From Vulcanimicrobiota bacterium (GTDB taxonomy: Bacteria; Vulcanimicrobiota; Vulcanimicrobiia; Vulcanimicrobiales; Vulcanimicrobiaceae), in the NCBI GenBank assembly GCA_963812155.1, contig CAWETW010000005.1:1-64000 (forward strand): a DNA stretch of 64,000 nt. Reading direction: 5' to 3'. Made by a program: the position numbers and the translations under genes. Numbering within the stretch: the first letter of the stretch is position 1; each line of letters begins with the position of its first letter. This document shows positions 11,676-24,041 of this stretch, piece after piece. The notes beneath the pieces were generated by a model. It saw nothing but the letters and a program-made list of their open reading frames with translations. It searched no databases and was not told the origin of the DNA.

Positions 11676-13653
11676 GAGCGCTACTCTTGATCGCGCTCGC
11701 GGCGCGGTCGCATTACCGCGCCGCGGCCGCAAGCCACGGCCACGCTGCACCTTGCCGACCTGCGCAAGCACGTGCGCCGTCAGTCGCCCCGGAGATTTCC
11801 CCCGACGGCTCGCGCGTTCGCGCTGCTCGCTTCCCGAGCGAGACTTCGAGAAGGACGAGACCATCGTATGACCTCGTCGCGATCGACGTCGCCGGCAAGA
11901 CCGAGCGGACGCTCGTCCGCGACGGGCACGTTCGCGTTGCGCGCTGGTCGCCGGACGGCCGTAACGTCGCCTACATCGCAACCCCGCATCGGCGACGACG
12001 ACGGCGCCGCAGCTCTTCGTCCTGCCGATGGACGGCGGCGAGCCGCTGCAGCTCACGCACGAGAAGGGCGGCGTCGAGCGATTTCGCGTGGCGGCCCGAC
12101 GGCGCGCAAAATTGCCTACGCCGCGACTCGCGAGGCGCCCAACGCCAAAGCGATCGAAGCGCACGACGACGCCTTCACCGTCACCGACGACGCCTGGACG
12201 GCGCAAGCCGCGCCGGTGCCGGCGCGGCTGTATCGAAATCCCGGACGGCGGCGGAACGGCGCATCGGATCCGCGATTGGCGCTGGGACGTGGCGGGCGGG
12301 CTGACCTACGCGGCCGACGGGCGCAGCGTGTTCGTGACGCGCATCAAACCGAACGCGCACCCGAACCGTTATCTCGCCACCGAAATCGTTAACGTCGAGC
12401 GTCGAGGACGGTGCGGTCTCCACGATTCGCGACGCTATCGGCGACGCAAGGGGATCCGGTTCGCTCCGTCGACGGCCGCGTCATCGCCTACGAGTTCGCA
12501 AATCCGAAGGCGACGATGCAAACCGAGGCGGCGATCGCCGACGCAAATGGCACGCATCCGCGATTCGTCGACGGCCCGGCTCGATCGCGACGTTTCGATC
12601 GAAGACTTTGCGCCGGGCAACGCGATCGTGTTGACCGCCAACGACGGAACGCGCCGGCGGCTCTTCCGCGTCGACGAGAACGGCACCGTGGCGACCTATC
12701 CGCTCGGCGATGCAAACGCCGCCGGCGGCGAGCGTCGCGCGCGACGGAACGATCGCGTTTCAGCGGATATACGTCCGTCCATCCGAGCGAAGCTGTAGGT
12801 GCTGCACGCCGCACGCGACGGCGCCTCGTGCGACTCACGCACTTACAACGATTGGGTTCGCACGTTACGCGATCGGCAGAAGCCAGCACGATCACGTGGC
12901 GCAGCCGGTGACGGTTCTCATCCCGACGGCGTGCTCACGTTTCCGCCGCACTGGCGCACGGGAACGCACGCGCCGCTCGTGCTGCTCATTCACGGCGGCC
13001 CGACGGGGGCGTCGAGCACCGGCTTCTCCGGATTTCGCGCAAGTCCTCGCCGCGCACGGATGGTTCGTCTTTCAACCGAACTATCGCGGCAGCGACAACC
13101 TCGGGCTCGAGTTCGCGCGCACGACGGTGCCGCACATCGCGAGCGTGCCCGGCCAGGACATCGAAGACGGGCTCGCCGCCGTACTGAAGATGGCCATCGT
13201 CGATCGAAACGAACATCGGCGTCTCGGGCTGGTCGGAGGGCGGATTGATGACGTCGTGGCTGATCGGCCACGACACGCGGTGGAAAGCGGCGGTCTCCGG
13301 TGCGGCCGTCAACGATTGGATCGGCTACTCGGCAATGACCGATGCGAAGGATTTCACGCCGCAGTTCATCGGGCCGTCGCCGTGGACGAATCCGTCGCTG
13401 ATGCACACGTTCGATCGCCGAGTCGCCGCTGACGTACGCGTCGCACGTGAAGACGCCGACGCTCATCCTCAGCGATGCGGGCGACTTCCGCGTCCCGACG
13501 CCGCTCTCGTACGAGTTTTATCACGACGTGCGCGCGACCGGCACGCCGGTGCAGTTCGTGATCTTTCCGGTCAACGGTCACTTCCCGACCGATCCGGTGC
13601 TCGCCGAGGACGTCTACCGCCGTTGGGAAGGCTGGTTCGCCAAATACCTATAG
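11672..13653 (+). CDS. Second secreted S9 family peptidase; many indels
   Basis: ATGA overlap, signal-like start, ISPDG/WSPDG repeats, LLIHGGP, FQPNYRGS, GWSEGG, DFRVP and NGHFP. Confidence 0.85.
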
Positions 13654-13669
13654 CCGGAGGTTCCCTCGA

Positions 13670-14221
13670 TCACTTTAGCGTGACGTCGAGGGTGACGCCG
13701 ACCGGATTGCCGATCGCCGGATCGAGTCGCGTGGTCGCCATGCCGAAGGCATGGCGGTCGATCGTTCCGGTTGCGTGGTAGACCGGATGCCCCGGCGCGC
13801 CGGTAACGGTCACGTCGAGGTGCTCGCTGCGCGTTACGCCGTGGATCGTCAGCAAGCCATCCATCGCAAAGGCGTTCGAACCCGACGGCGAGATCTTCGT
13901 GCTCGTAAACGTCCACGCCGGATACTGCTTTACGTCGAACCAGTCCGGCGTCTGAAGCACGCCGTCGCGGTCGTCTTCGCCGGTTTTGATTTTCGACGGA
14001 TTCAATAACGCAGAGACGCTCTGCGGTATTGACGAGTCCAGCGGCAGTACCACGGTACCGCTCGCGATCGGCACGGTGCCGGTGACGCGTTCGACGAAGA
14101 CGTGCTGCACGGTGAAGGTGGCCTTCGACGCAGAGGGATCGATCTCGCGCGTCGTCGTAGCGGCGGCACCCAGCAGCCCTATCGCGAAGATTGCCGTTGC
14201 GGCGGCGTGTTTTGCGTTCAT
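13670..14221 (-). CDS. YceI family lipid/polyisoprenoid-binding periplasmic protein
   Basis: Signal peptide, IDPSASKATFTV, IKTGEDDRD..LQTPDWFDVKQYP, GLLTIHGVT and IDRHAFGM. ATG overlaps the upstream stop. Confidence 0.9.
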   Translation of the reverse strand: MNAKHAAATAIFAIGLLGAAATTTREIDPSASKATFTVQHVFVERVTGTVPIASGTVVLPLDSSIPQSVSALLNPSKIKTGEDDRDGVLQTPDWFDVKQYPAWTFTSTKISPSGSNAFAMDGLLTIHGVTRSEHLDVTVTGAPGHPVYHATGTIDRHAFGMATTRLDPAIGNPVGVTLDVTLK

Positions 14222-15342
14222 CAAAAGCCGATGGTCAGTTGCGCGTTCATCGTATTGTTCGTTTGCGGCGTGTGCGAGATGACGTCTTCAATGCTGAAGC
14301 TCGCGTTGTGCCAAGGCCGAAAGCCGAGCATGAGGAGACCGTCGCGGGAGAATCCGCCGAGCGTGTCGCTCGTTCCCTCGTAGCGGCCCAGGAGATAGAG
14401 TCGTGGACTCACCCAGTACTGGAGCTGCGTAAAGCCGCCGCTCGACGGACAGCCCGTGTTTGGAAGGCAGCTCGAATCCCAGCCGGTTTGAATCAACGAT
14501 TGGCTCGTCCATCTGCCCGAGTTGAAGACCAGTGCGTATCCGGTACGTTGGAAGTGATCCAACAGCGCCGGTCCGTCGGGACGCTGCCCTTGGTAGTGAT
14601 ACGCGCTGAGGGTGAACGCTCCGACCACTTGTTGGCCGTAGCCCATGAGATCGGTTCCGACGGTCGGAAGCGTGCTGCCCTGATCGTGCCCGGGACCGGC
14701 GAAGATTTGCACGTGCGTGCCGTAGAGCGGACTGCCGAAACTCAGCAGACCGCCGTCTTTGTCGTCGAAGAGGTTGAACGGGTTGTTGCCGACCGTTTGA
14801 TCGTAGATCGTGTAATGCTGGTACGAGGCGCGCAACGATTCCGGATCGACCGGAAGCGGCAGCGCGAACTGGCCCGCGGTGAGCGTAATAGGAAGTCGCG
14901 ACTCCCACGGCGTGAGCCGTTCGTTGAGCCACGCGTCGCGCAGCGAACCCGGTTCGCCGCCGTCGACGACGTATTGCTCGACGAAGTAGTTGGCGCGGCC
15001 TCCGAGCAGGCCGGCGGTGAAGAGTTCGACCTCGTCGACGATGGCTTTGGGCAAGCCGGCGCCGTCCGGCCCTTCGCCCTGATATTCGGAAGAGTCGACG
15101 AGGTTGACCCGGGCGGCGATCGGGAAGGCCGGGCCGGGCGCGACGCCCGGAATACGGTAGCCGTTGGCCATAAATCCGTAGCCGAACTTACTGAGCTGGG
15201 GAACGATCGTGTGGCATTTCTGACACGTCACCCCGTACTCGTCGGCAAAGAGCGGAATCGCCTCAGCGGGCCGGGCCGACCCCGCGAATGCTACCCCTAC
15301 GGCGGCGAGCGCCAAGGTCGCCCCGACCCGACTTATAGGCAT
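14221..15342 (-). CDS. Cyc2-like monoheme cytochrome c - outer-membrane beta-barrel fusion
   Basis: Signal peptide, then AIPLFADEYGVTCQKCHTIVPQLSKFGYGFMANGY (Cyc2-type N-terminal heme domain), an aromatic/Gly-rich beta-strand region and C-terminal Phe (QLTIGF). Confidence 0.75.
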   Translation of the reverse strand: MPISRVGATLALAAVGVAFAGSARPAEAIPLFADEYGVTCQKCHTIVPQLSKFGYGFMANGYRIPGVAPGPAFPIAARVNLVDSSEYQGEGPDGAGLPKAIVDEVELFTAGLLGGRANYFVEQYVVDGGEPGSLRDAWLNERLTPWESRLPITLTAGQFALPLPVDPESLRASYQHYTIYDQTVGNNPFNLFDDKDGGLLSFGSPLYGTHVQIFAGPGHDQGSTLPTVGTDLMGYGQQVVGAFTLSAYHYQGQRPDGPALLDHFQRTGYALVFNSGRWTSQSLIQTGWDSSCLPNTGCPSSGGFTQLQYWVSPRLYLLGRYEGTSDTLGGFSRDGLLMLGFRPWHNASFSIEDVISHTPQTNNTMNAQLTIGF

Positions 15343-15377
15343 TCCTCAATATATTATTAGGCGTACCTAAAAGTCAA
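15343..15377 (-). promoter_or_regulatory. Sigma70 promoter, probably leaderless, with a DtxR/SirR/EfaR-type operator
   Basis: Minus strand TTGACT (15377-15372), 18-nt spacer, TATATT (15353-15348), 5 nt, ATG. Palindrome TTAGG-CGTA-CCTAA at 15357-15370 lies in the spacer. Confidence 0.7.
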
Positions 15378-15437
15378 ACGAACGAAGCTTTCTGCAAATC
15401 CCATGGTGCGGCGGCGGCGCACGTAGAAGAGCGCAAG

Positions 15438-15935
15438 GTGTCGGACGTCAGGGTCCAGCGAAATCTTCGAATCCCGCCGGTGCCCGCATTTCGGGCATTG
15501 AGCGAGACCTTGCCGGCAATCGCCGCTCAAGAAGGCAACTGGCGGGGTTTCGCCCTGCACCTCGCGCTGGGCGAGCTGCGGCTCGCAGATTTCGGATACG
15601 TGTCGGTGCCCATCGATCTTACCCTCGGGCAGACGCACCCCGAGGCGCAATCGATCGACCTGCAGTTCCGAGCGTCGAATCATCCCGGTTCGTTCCCGAC
15701 GTTCACCGGCGCCATGGGGGTCGACGCGATGGGTCCAAGCGGAGCGATCCTCTGGCTCGGCGGCGGATACGACGTGCCGCTCAATCTTTTCGGGAAATTC
15801 CTCGACGCGTCGTTGGCATCCGGCGCCGCCGGAAAGACGCTCGAAAACTTCGTCGAGGATATCGCCGCTGCGTGCACCGCACTGGTCGAAAGGCGCGAAG
15901 CGGAGTACGTTCGTTATCGCATGTTCGGGCCATAG
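15438..15935 (+). CDS. Hypothetical protein (possibly SRPBCC-like fold)
   Basis: 165-aa ORF with FPTFTG...L.GGYDVPL..FGKFLD pattern. Confidence 0.6.
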   Translation: MSDVRVQRNLRIPPVPAFRALSETLPAIAAQEGNWRGFALHLALGELRLADFGYVSVPIDLTLGQTHPEAQSIDLQFRASNHPGSFPTFTGAMGVDAMGPSGAILWLGGGYDVPLNLFGKFLDASLASGAAGKTLENFVEDIAAACTALVERREAEYVRYRMFGP

Positions 15936-15942
15936 ATTCCGC

Positions 15943-17151
15943 GTGAACGCCATTCGAACTCAGTGCTGCGTCGTAGGCGGCGGCCCCGCCGGGATGATGC
16001 TCGGCCTGCTCCTTGCGCGCGCCGGCGTCAACGTCGCCGTCCTCGAAAAGCACGCCGATTTTCTGCGCGACTTCCGCGGCGACACCATTCACCCGTCGAC
16101 GCTCGACGTGATGTCGGAGCTCGGCGTGCTCGAAGAGTTTTTACAACGGCCGCATCAACGCGCCGAGCGGCTTTCAGGGCGAGTCGGCGACGCGGTCGTC
16201 ACCGTCGCCGATTTCACGCGATTGCCGACCCGGTGCAAATTCCTGGCCTTCATGCCGCAATGGGACTTCCTCGACTTCCTGGCCGAAAAGGCGCGCGCTT
16301 ACCCCGGCTTTTCGCTACGCACGAGTGCGCGCGTCGACGACGTCTTGTGGGAAGGCGACTGCGTGGCCGGGGTGCGCGCCACGACCCCTGACGGGCCGCT
16401 CGAAGTGCGCGCGGATTTGACGGTAGCCGCCGACGGACGCAACTCGATCGTGCGACTGCAAACGCACCTTCAGGTCAAAGAAGTCGGCGCGCCGATGGAC
16501 GTGCTCTGGCTGCGATTGACCAAACGCTCCGACGATCCGCACGACACTTTCGGCTACATTCGCGACGGCCGCATCCTGGCGCTCATCGATCGCGGCGATT
16601 ACTGGCAAATCGCGTACGTCATTCCCAAAGGAAGTCACGCCGTACTGCAAGCGCGAGGGCTCGAGGCGTTCCGCGACGATCTTCGTGCGACGGTGCCGTT
16701 CCTGGCGACGCGCGTGGAAGAGGTGCGTAGCTGGGATGAGGTGCGCCTCCTGACCGTGCGCGTGGACCGTCTGCGGCGCTGGTATCGCGCCGGATTGCTC
16801 TGCATCGGCGACGCGGCGCACGCTATGTCGCCGATCGGCGGCGTCGGCATCAACCTGGCGATTCAAGATGCCATCGCTGCGTCCAATATTCTCGCACCGC
16901 GTTTTCGAAGTCCGGGCGGCGTGCGTCCGAGCGATCTGCAGCGCGTGCAGCGGCGCCGCGAGTTCCCCGCGAAGGCGACGCAAGCGTTGCAAGTCTTCAT
17001 CGGGGCGAACGTCGTCGGTCGCGTGCTTTCGAAAGAACGGTCGCCGCTGCTGGGATTGGCGCCGGCACTGGCGCGCCGTCTGCCGTTCATGTCGCGCTTG
17101 CTGGCGCATTTGGTCGGTCTCGGCGTCCGTCCCGAACACATCGAAGTCTAA
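15943..17151 (+). CDS. FAD-dependent oxidoreductase/monooxygenase (UbiH-like)
   Basis: VVGGGPAG, LEKHADFLRDFRGDT, AADGRNS and IGDAAHAMSPIGGVGINLAIQDA. Confidence 0.9.
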   Translation: MNAIRTQCCVVGGGPAGMMLGLLLARAGVNVAVLEKHADFLRDFRGDTIHPSTLDVMSELGVLEEFLQRPHQRAERLSGRVGDAVVTVADFTRLPTRCKFLAFMPQWDFLDFLAEKARAYPGFSLRTSARVDDVLWEGDCVAGVRATTPDGPLEVRADLTVAADGRNSIVRLQTHLQVKEVGAPMDVLWLRLTKRSDDPHDTFGYIRDGRILALIDRGDYWQIAYVIPKGSHAVLQARGLEAFRDDLRATVPFLATRVEEVRSWDEVRLLTVRVDRLRRWYRAGLLCIGDAAHAMSPIGGVGINLAIQDAIAASNILAPRFRSPGGVRPSDLQRVQRRREFPAKATQALQVFIGANVVGRVLSKERSPLLGLAPALARRLPFMSRLLAHLVGLGVRPEHIEV

Positions 17152-17170
17152 ACCGAAGGAGGAGCCCGGA

Positions 17171-17863
17171 ATGCGGCGTGCCTTGATTCTCGCGGCGCTG
17201 TGCGTCCTTTCGTCTGCGCCGGCCTTCGGCGCCGACGCACCCAGCCAAACGGCGACCGGCATTCCGCTCGACACGCCCTGGAAGGTGACGATCTACGAGT
17301 TGGCACGCACGAAGTTCTTGCATCCCGCCTGGGGATGGCAGCACAGCGAACGCAATTACCGGGTCGCAATCGCCCTGGCGCGGTCCGACGGCATGACGGT
17401 GGATTCCGACGTGCTCTTCGCCGCCGCATTCCTTCACGACATGGCCGCGTTTATGCCGTGTCCCGGCGCGCACGTGGAACACGGCGACTGCGCCGCCCAA
17501 GAAAGCGAGGCCGTCCTACGCGAGGCCGGTTTCCCGATGCAGAAATTTCCCGCGGTAGCCGCCGCCGAGAGAACCCACATGTACTATCGCGATCCCAGAA
17601 CTATACCCGAAGCGATCGTCCTGCACGATGCCGACTCTCTCGATTTTCTCGGCGACATCGGCGCGGCGCGTATGATCTCGCTCACGGGGGAAAAGGCCGG
17701 CAGCTTTGCTTCGGCCGTCAAAACGCTGCGTTCGTTCGTGCGAGACATCCCGCCGCACTTGGTGACGCGCGCGGCGCAGCGTATCGGGGCGCAACGCGCT
17801 GCCGAACTGCAGCAATTTCTCGACGCCCTCGACACCGAGACGTTCGACGGCAAGGCGATGTAA
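17171..17863 (+). CDS. HD-domain metal-dependent hydrolase with predicted signal peptide
   Basis: SD GGAGG; MRRALILAALCVLSSAPAFG; H...AAFLHD...HG...H...LHDADSLD motifs. Confidence 0.8.
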   Translation: MRRALILAALCVLSSAPAFGADAPSQTATGIPLDTPWKVTIYELARTKFLHPAWGWQHSERNYRVAIALARSDGMTVDSDVLFAAAFLHDMAAFMPCPGAHVEHGDCAAQESEAVLREAGFPMQKFPAVAAAERTHMYYRDPRTIPEAIVLHDADSLDFLGDIGAARMISLTGEKAGSFASAVKTLRSFVRDIPPHLVTRAAQRIGAQRAAELQQFLDALDTETFDGKAM

Positions 17864-17889
17864 CGCGGAGCGCCGTGAGCAGAAGCCCC

Positions 17890-18876
17890 TTACGGTCCCG
17901 TCTTGCGCAAGATCTTTCCCGTCTCCACGACTTCGAACGCCGTGCCCGGAACGTTTTTCAACTGATCGAGTTCGTTGTCGTTCCAGCACGTTGCGGCGGT
18001 GCCGCCCTCGCCTTGAAAGTACCAGTTCGAGCCGTTGTCGGCGACGAACATGCCGTAGGTCTTCATCGCGGTGAGAATGATCTGCGACGGGCGGTTGAAG
18101 CCCGAGATATCGAACGAGGCTTTCAAACGAACGCGCAGTCCCATTGGCGGAAGGTTCTTGTTACGGCTGTCGCTGGCAAAGTGCGTCGCCGGATGAATGT
18201 AGCCGGCTTGCGAATTTTCCACGGTAAATCGCAGCGCGTGATCGATGTGCCCGGCTTGCACTTCGGCGCACTTCACGAGCGCCGGGAGAATCGGCAGGCC
18301 GGCGGCGTCGGCTGAGGTCCAGCCGTCCGGCCGAAGCTTATTCGTATCGAGCGGAAAGATCGCGCCGGAGCCCGCGTGCCAGCTTGCGCCGCCGTCCTTC
18401 GGAAAGGCGTGATACAGCTCGTACAGCTTGCACGCACCCTGCTGCAGCACGAGCACGTGGCGGTCGCCTTTGGCGTGCGGGCCGCCTTCGATTTGCGCGT
18501 CCGGCGGAATCGGATACGGCCCGGGATCGCTCTGCGATGCGTAGAGAAACTTCACCGGAACCAGCGGCTGGCTTGCCGGCACCACGTTGAACGGAATGCC
18601 GTAACGCGATTCGTGTCCGAAGTCCGGGTGCAGATTACCCGGAATCGACGCGATGTAATTCGCCGAGTTCGGATCGAGCGGATACTGCGAAATGTCGGTA
18701 TTCCACGGATTGTCCGCGGGAAACATCTGACATCCCGCGACCACGGGTATCGTCGGGTGGGAAGCCGCCGGGCCCCTTTGCGAAGCGGTCGAGCCGTCGC
18801 CGGATTGCAGCACGCCCGCCGCTCCCGAACACCCCGCTGCGACGATCGCCGCGAGCAACGCAAACACTCCACGCAT
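17890..18876 (-). CDS. Conserved hypothetical lipoprotein
   Basis: SD AAAGGTGG; lipobox-like VAAGC; FPADNPWNTDIS, GPYPIP, GDRHVLV and WTSADAAGLP motifs. Confidence 0.75.
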   Translation of the reverse strand: MRGVFALLAAIVAAGCSGAAGVLQSGDGSTASQRGPAASHPTIPVVAGCQMFPADNPWNTDISQYPLDPNSANYIASIPGNLHPDFGHESRYGIPFNVVPASQPLVPVKFLYASQSDPGPYPIPPDAQIEGGPHAKGDRHVLVLQQGACKLYELYHAFPKDGGASWHAGSGAIFPLDTNKLRPDGWTSADAAGLPILPALVKCAEVQAGHIDHALRFTVENSQAGYIHPATHFASDSRNKNLPPMGLRVRLKASFDISGFNRPSQIILTAMKTYGMFVADNGSNWYFQGEGGTAATCWNDNELDQLKNVPGTAFEVVETGKILRKTGP

Positions 18877-18971
18877 ACGCCCACCTTTCCGTGCGCGACG
18901 CGCGCACGTCCCCATATAGATGCTACTTGGCGACGACGGGCGATTACTGCAATCCGTCAAATAGAGGTCCG

Positions 18972-19490
18972 ATGATTCGCGGAATCGTCATCGGAGCCAT
19001 CGGCATCGTTATCCTGGGACTGGTGGCGGCGTACGCCGGCATCGAGGCCGGTCTGATGCCCGTCAATGCGGACGCCAGGCCGCCGAAGATCGAGCGCTGG
19101 GCCGCGCGCACCTCCTTGCAGGCGGCGCTGCGGCGCGAAGCGCCGGCGTCACCGAATCCGGTGACGCTCGACGACGACAATCTCACCGCCGGCATCAAGC
19201 TCTACGCGCAAAATTGTGCGGTGTGCCACGGCGCTGCCAACGGCACGCCGTCGAACATCGCGCGCGGACTCTATCAGCGCGCGCCGCAGTTCGCCAAAGA
19301 CGGCGTGGAAGACGATCCCGAAGGCGTGACCTACTGGAAGGTGACGCACGGCATCCGCTTTACCGGGATGCCCTCGTTCGGGGCTTCGCTCACCGACGAG
19401 CAGCGGTGGCAGCTCGCACTCTTCCTCAAACACATGGACGGCCTTCCGCCTGCGCCGCAGCGCTTGTGGAAGGCCGTCAAAACTCCCTGA
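18972..19490 (+). CDS. Membrane-anchored monoheme cytochrome c
   Basis: N-terminal TM helix, CAVCH and distal Met in GIRFTGMPSF. Confidence 0.9.
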   Translation: MIRGIVIGAIGIVILGLVAAYAGIEAGLMPVNADARPPKIERWAARTSLQAALRREAPASPNPVTLDDDNLTAGIKLYAQNCAVCHGAANGTPSNIARGLYQRAPQFAKDGVEDDPEGVTYWKVTHGIRFTGMPSFGASLTDEQRWQLALFLKHMDGLPPAPQRLWKAVKTP

Positions 19491-19581
19491 TTTCTCCCAG
19501 GTCGTCGTCAGCTCGGGCCTGATTTGCCGTAGCAAACATCGACCCTCGCTTCCTAAGACCTGGAAGAAAGCGGGAAGTTTT
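19479..19581. repeat. ~100-bp palindromic intergenic element, copy 1 (REP/MITE-like; possible bidirectional terminator)
   Basis: Nested inverted repeats around TTTGC-CGTA-GCAAA; alignable with 49651-49749. Confidence 0.75.
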
Positions 19582-19587
19582 TGTAGG

Positions 19588-20166
19588 TTAGGGTGCTGGT
19601 GGGGCCGGGGTCGCGTAATCTTCGGAACTCGGCTCGACCGGCTTGGCGGCGAAGATGTACTGCTCGACGCCCGTGGGCTGATTCGCCGGCGAAACCAGCG
19701 ACGAGGCGTTCGCGTTGGGCTGCGAGGCGTTCGTCGCGAGCATCGGCGCGTTGAACGAACTGACGAGCTGGGGGAAAGCCTGTCCCTTGAACGATCCGTC
19801 TGAATCCATGTTGCCGACGATGTGCAGCCGCTCGCCGGTTCCAATTCCTAAACCTAGGTCAACGGGGCTCGGCCCGATGTCGAACCAAATGTAGTTGCCG
19901 TCTTTTCCACCGACGACTTGGATGAACGCCTTCTGATAGGCATTGTGATAGTAGCCGCGCAAGTTTCCAGCCGGAAACACCTCGAGATCGAGATGACCGG
20001 CGATCGGGTATTGCGATCCGTAGACCGTAGTTATCGCCGTCGAGTAGTGATACTCGGTTGCGCCGGCGGCGGTGGTGTCGGCGGGCGCCGTAATCGGCAG
20101 CGCGGCGGTGGAAATGCTCAACAGTGCCACCCAGGGCGCAACGCGAAAAACCGGAAATCGTACCAT
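19588..20166 (-). CDS. Hypothetical secreted protein
   Basis: Signal-like N-terminus, aromatic beta-rich core and Pro-rich tail. Confidence 0.65.
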   Translation of the reverse strand: MVRFPVFRVAPWVALLSISTAALPITAPADTTAAGATEYHYSTAITTVYGSQYPIAGHLDLEVFPAGNLRGYYHNAYQKAFIQVVGGKDGNYIWFDIGPSPVDLGLGIGTGERLHIVGNMDSDGSFKGQAFPQLVSSFNAPMLATNASQPNANASSLVSPANQPTGVEQYIFAAKPVEPSSEDYATPAPPAP

Positions 20167-20232
20167 GCTCGAGTCCTCTCAGGTGCTTCGTCTAGGGAGT
20201 AGAGCGCTTTGCTTGGCGAGAACGTGACGGGC

Positions 20233-21167
20233 GTGACCAATCCTTCCGAAATCGATCTTCGCGGCCTCCCGGCCTGGGACCGTCCCACCGTAGTCCGCAA
20301 AGCACTGGAGCGATTACCGTCGGGCACCTCCCTGACGTTCATCACCGAACACGAGCCGCGCGGGTTGTCGGCAAGGGTAGTTCAGGAGCATCCGGAGCGC
20401 TACATCGTCGAAACGCGCCGAGTCGCCCGCGGCTTGTGGCGCGTCTCGTTGACGCCGCGCGAGGGACGCGACGGCGAGCGCAATCCGCTGGCGCAGTTTC
20501 TGGCCGGATGCGTCGCGTTTAGGGGTCTCGGCGAGCCGGTCTTCAACGAACTTGCGGCCGCGGCTATTCCGCAGACCGGGCGTCGCGGGCAGACGCTCGT
20601 CGCCGAGAACTCCGAATGGCCGTTCATCGGCATCGTCACCGAAGGCATCGTCGTGCGCGCCAAGGGCCATGAAACCGATCGAGAACGCATCCTCTACGAG
20701 ATCCTTCCGCTCGAACTCTTCGGCGTTGCCGAATACTTCGATCGCGGACTCTCCAACGCGCGCATCGTCGTCTTCTCGAAGACGGCGCAGATCGTGAAGT
20801 TCCCGTGGAACGTCGTTACCGACGTCGCTTCACACCATCCGCAACTGACGAACGCGCTCGGCATCGTCATCGCACAGCGTTTGCGTCAAATGAACGACAC
20901 GCTGACGGCGCAGGGCGCCCTGCCGATTCTCGCCCGCATCGCTCGCGTGCTCGTTCCGTACTCGATGCCCGAGCGTGGACTGGCGCCCGCCAACGCGGCG
21001 CTCGCGACCGTAACGCAATCGCAAATCGCCGCCGCCGCCGGAACGGTGAAGGAAGTCGCTGCGCGCGCGATCGCGGAGTTGGAGTCGCGCAACATCCTGC
21101 GGCGCGAACACGGGCACATTCGCTATCTCGATCGCCAAGAATTGCTGGAGTTAATCCGAGAGCTTTC

Positions 21168-21171
<4 letters not shown>
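20233..21171 (+). CDS. DUF2249 + Crp/Fnr family transcriptional regulator
   Basis: IDLRGLPAWDR...TFITEHEPRGL (DUF2249-like), cNMP-binding-like core (ELFGVAEYFD) and HTH TQSQIAAAAGTVKEVAARAIAEL. Confidence 0.8.
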
Positions 21172-24028
<2,857 letters not shown>

Positions 24029-24041
24029 GGAGAAGCGCGCC

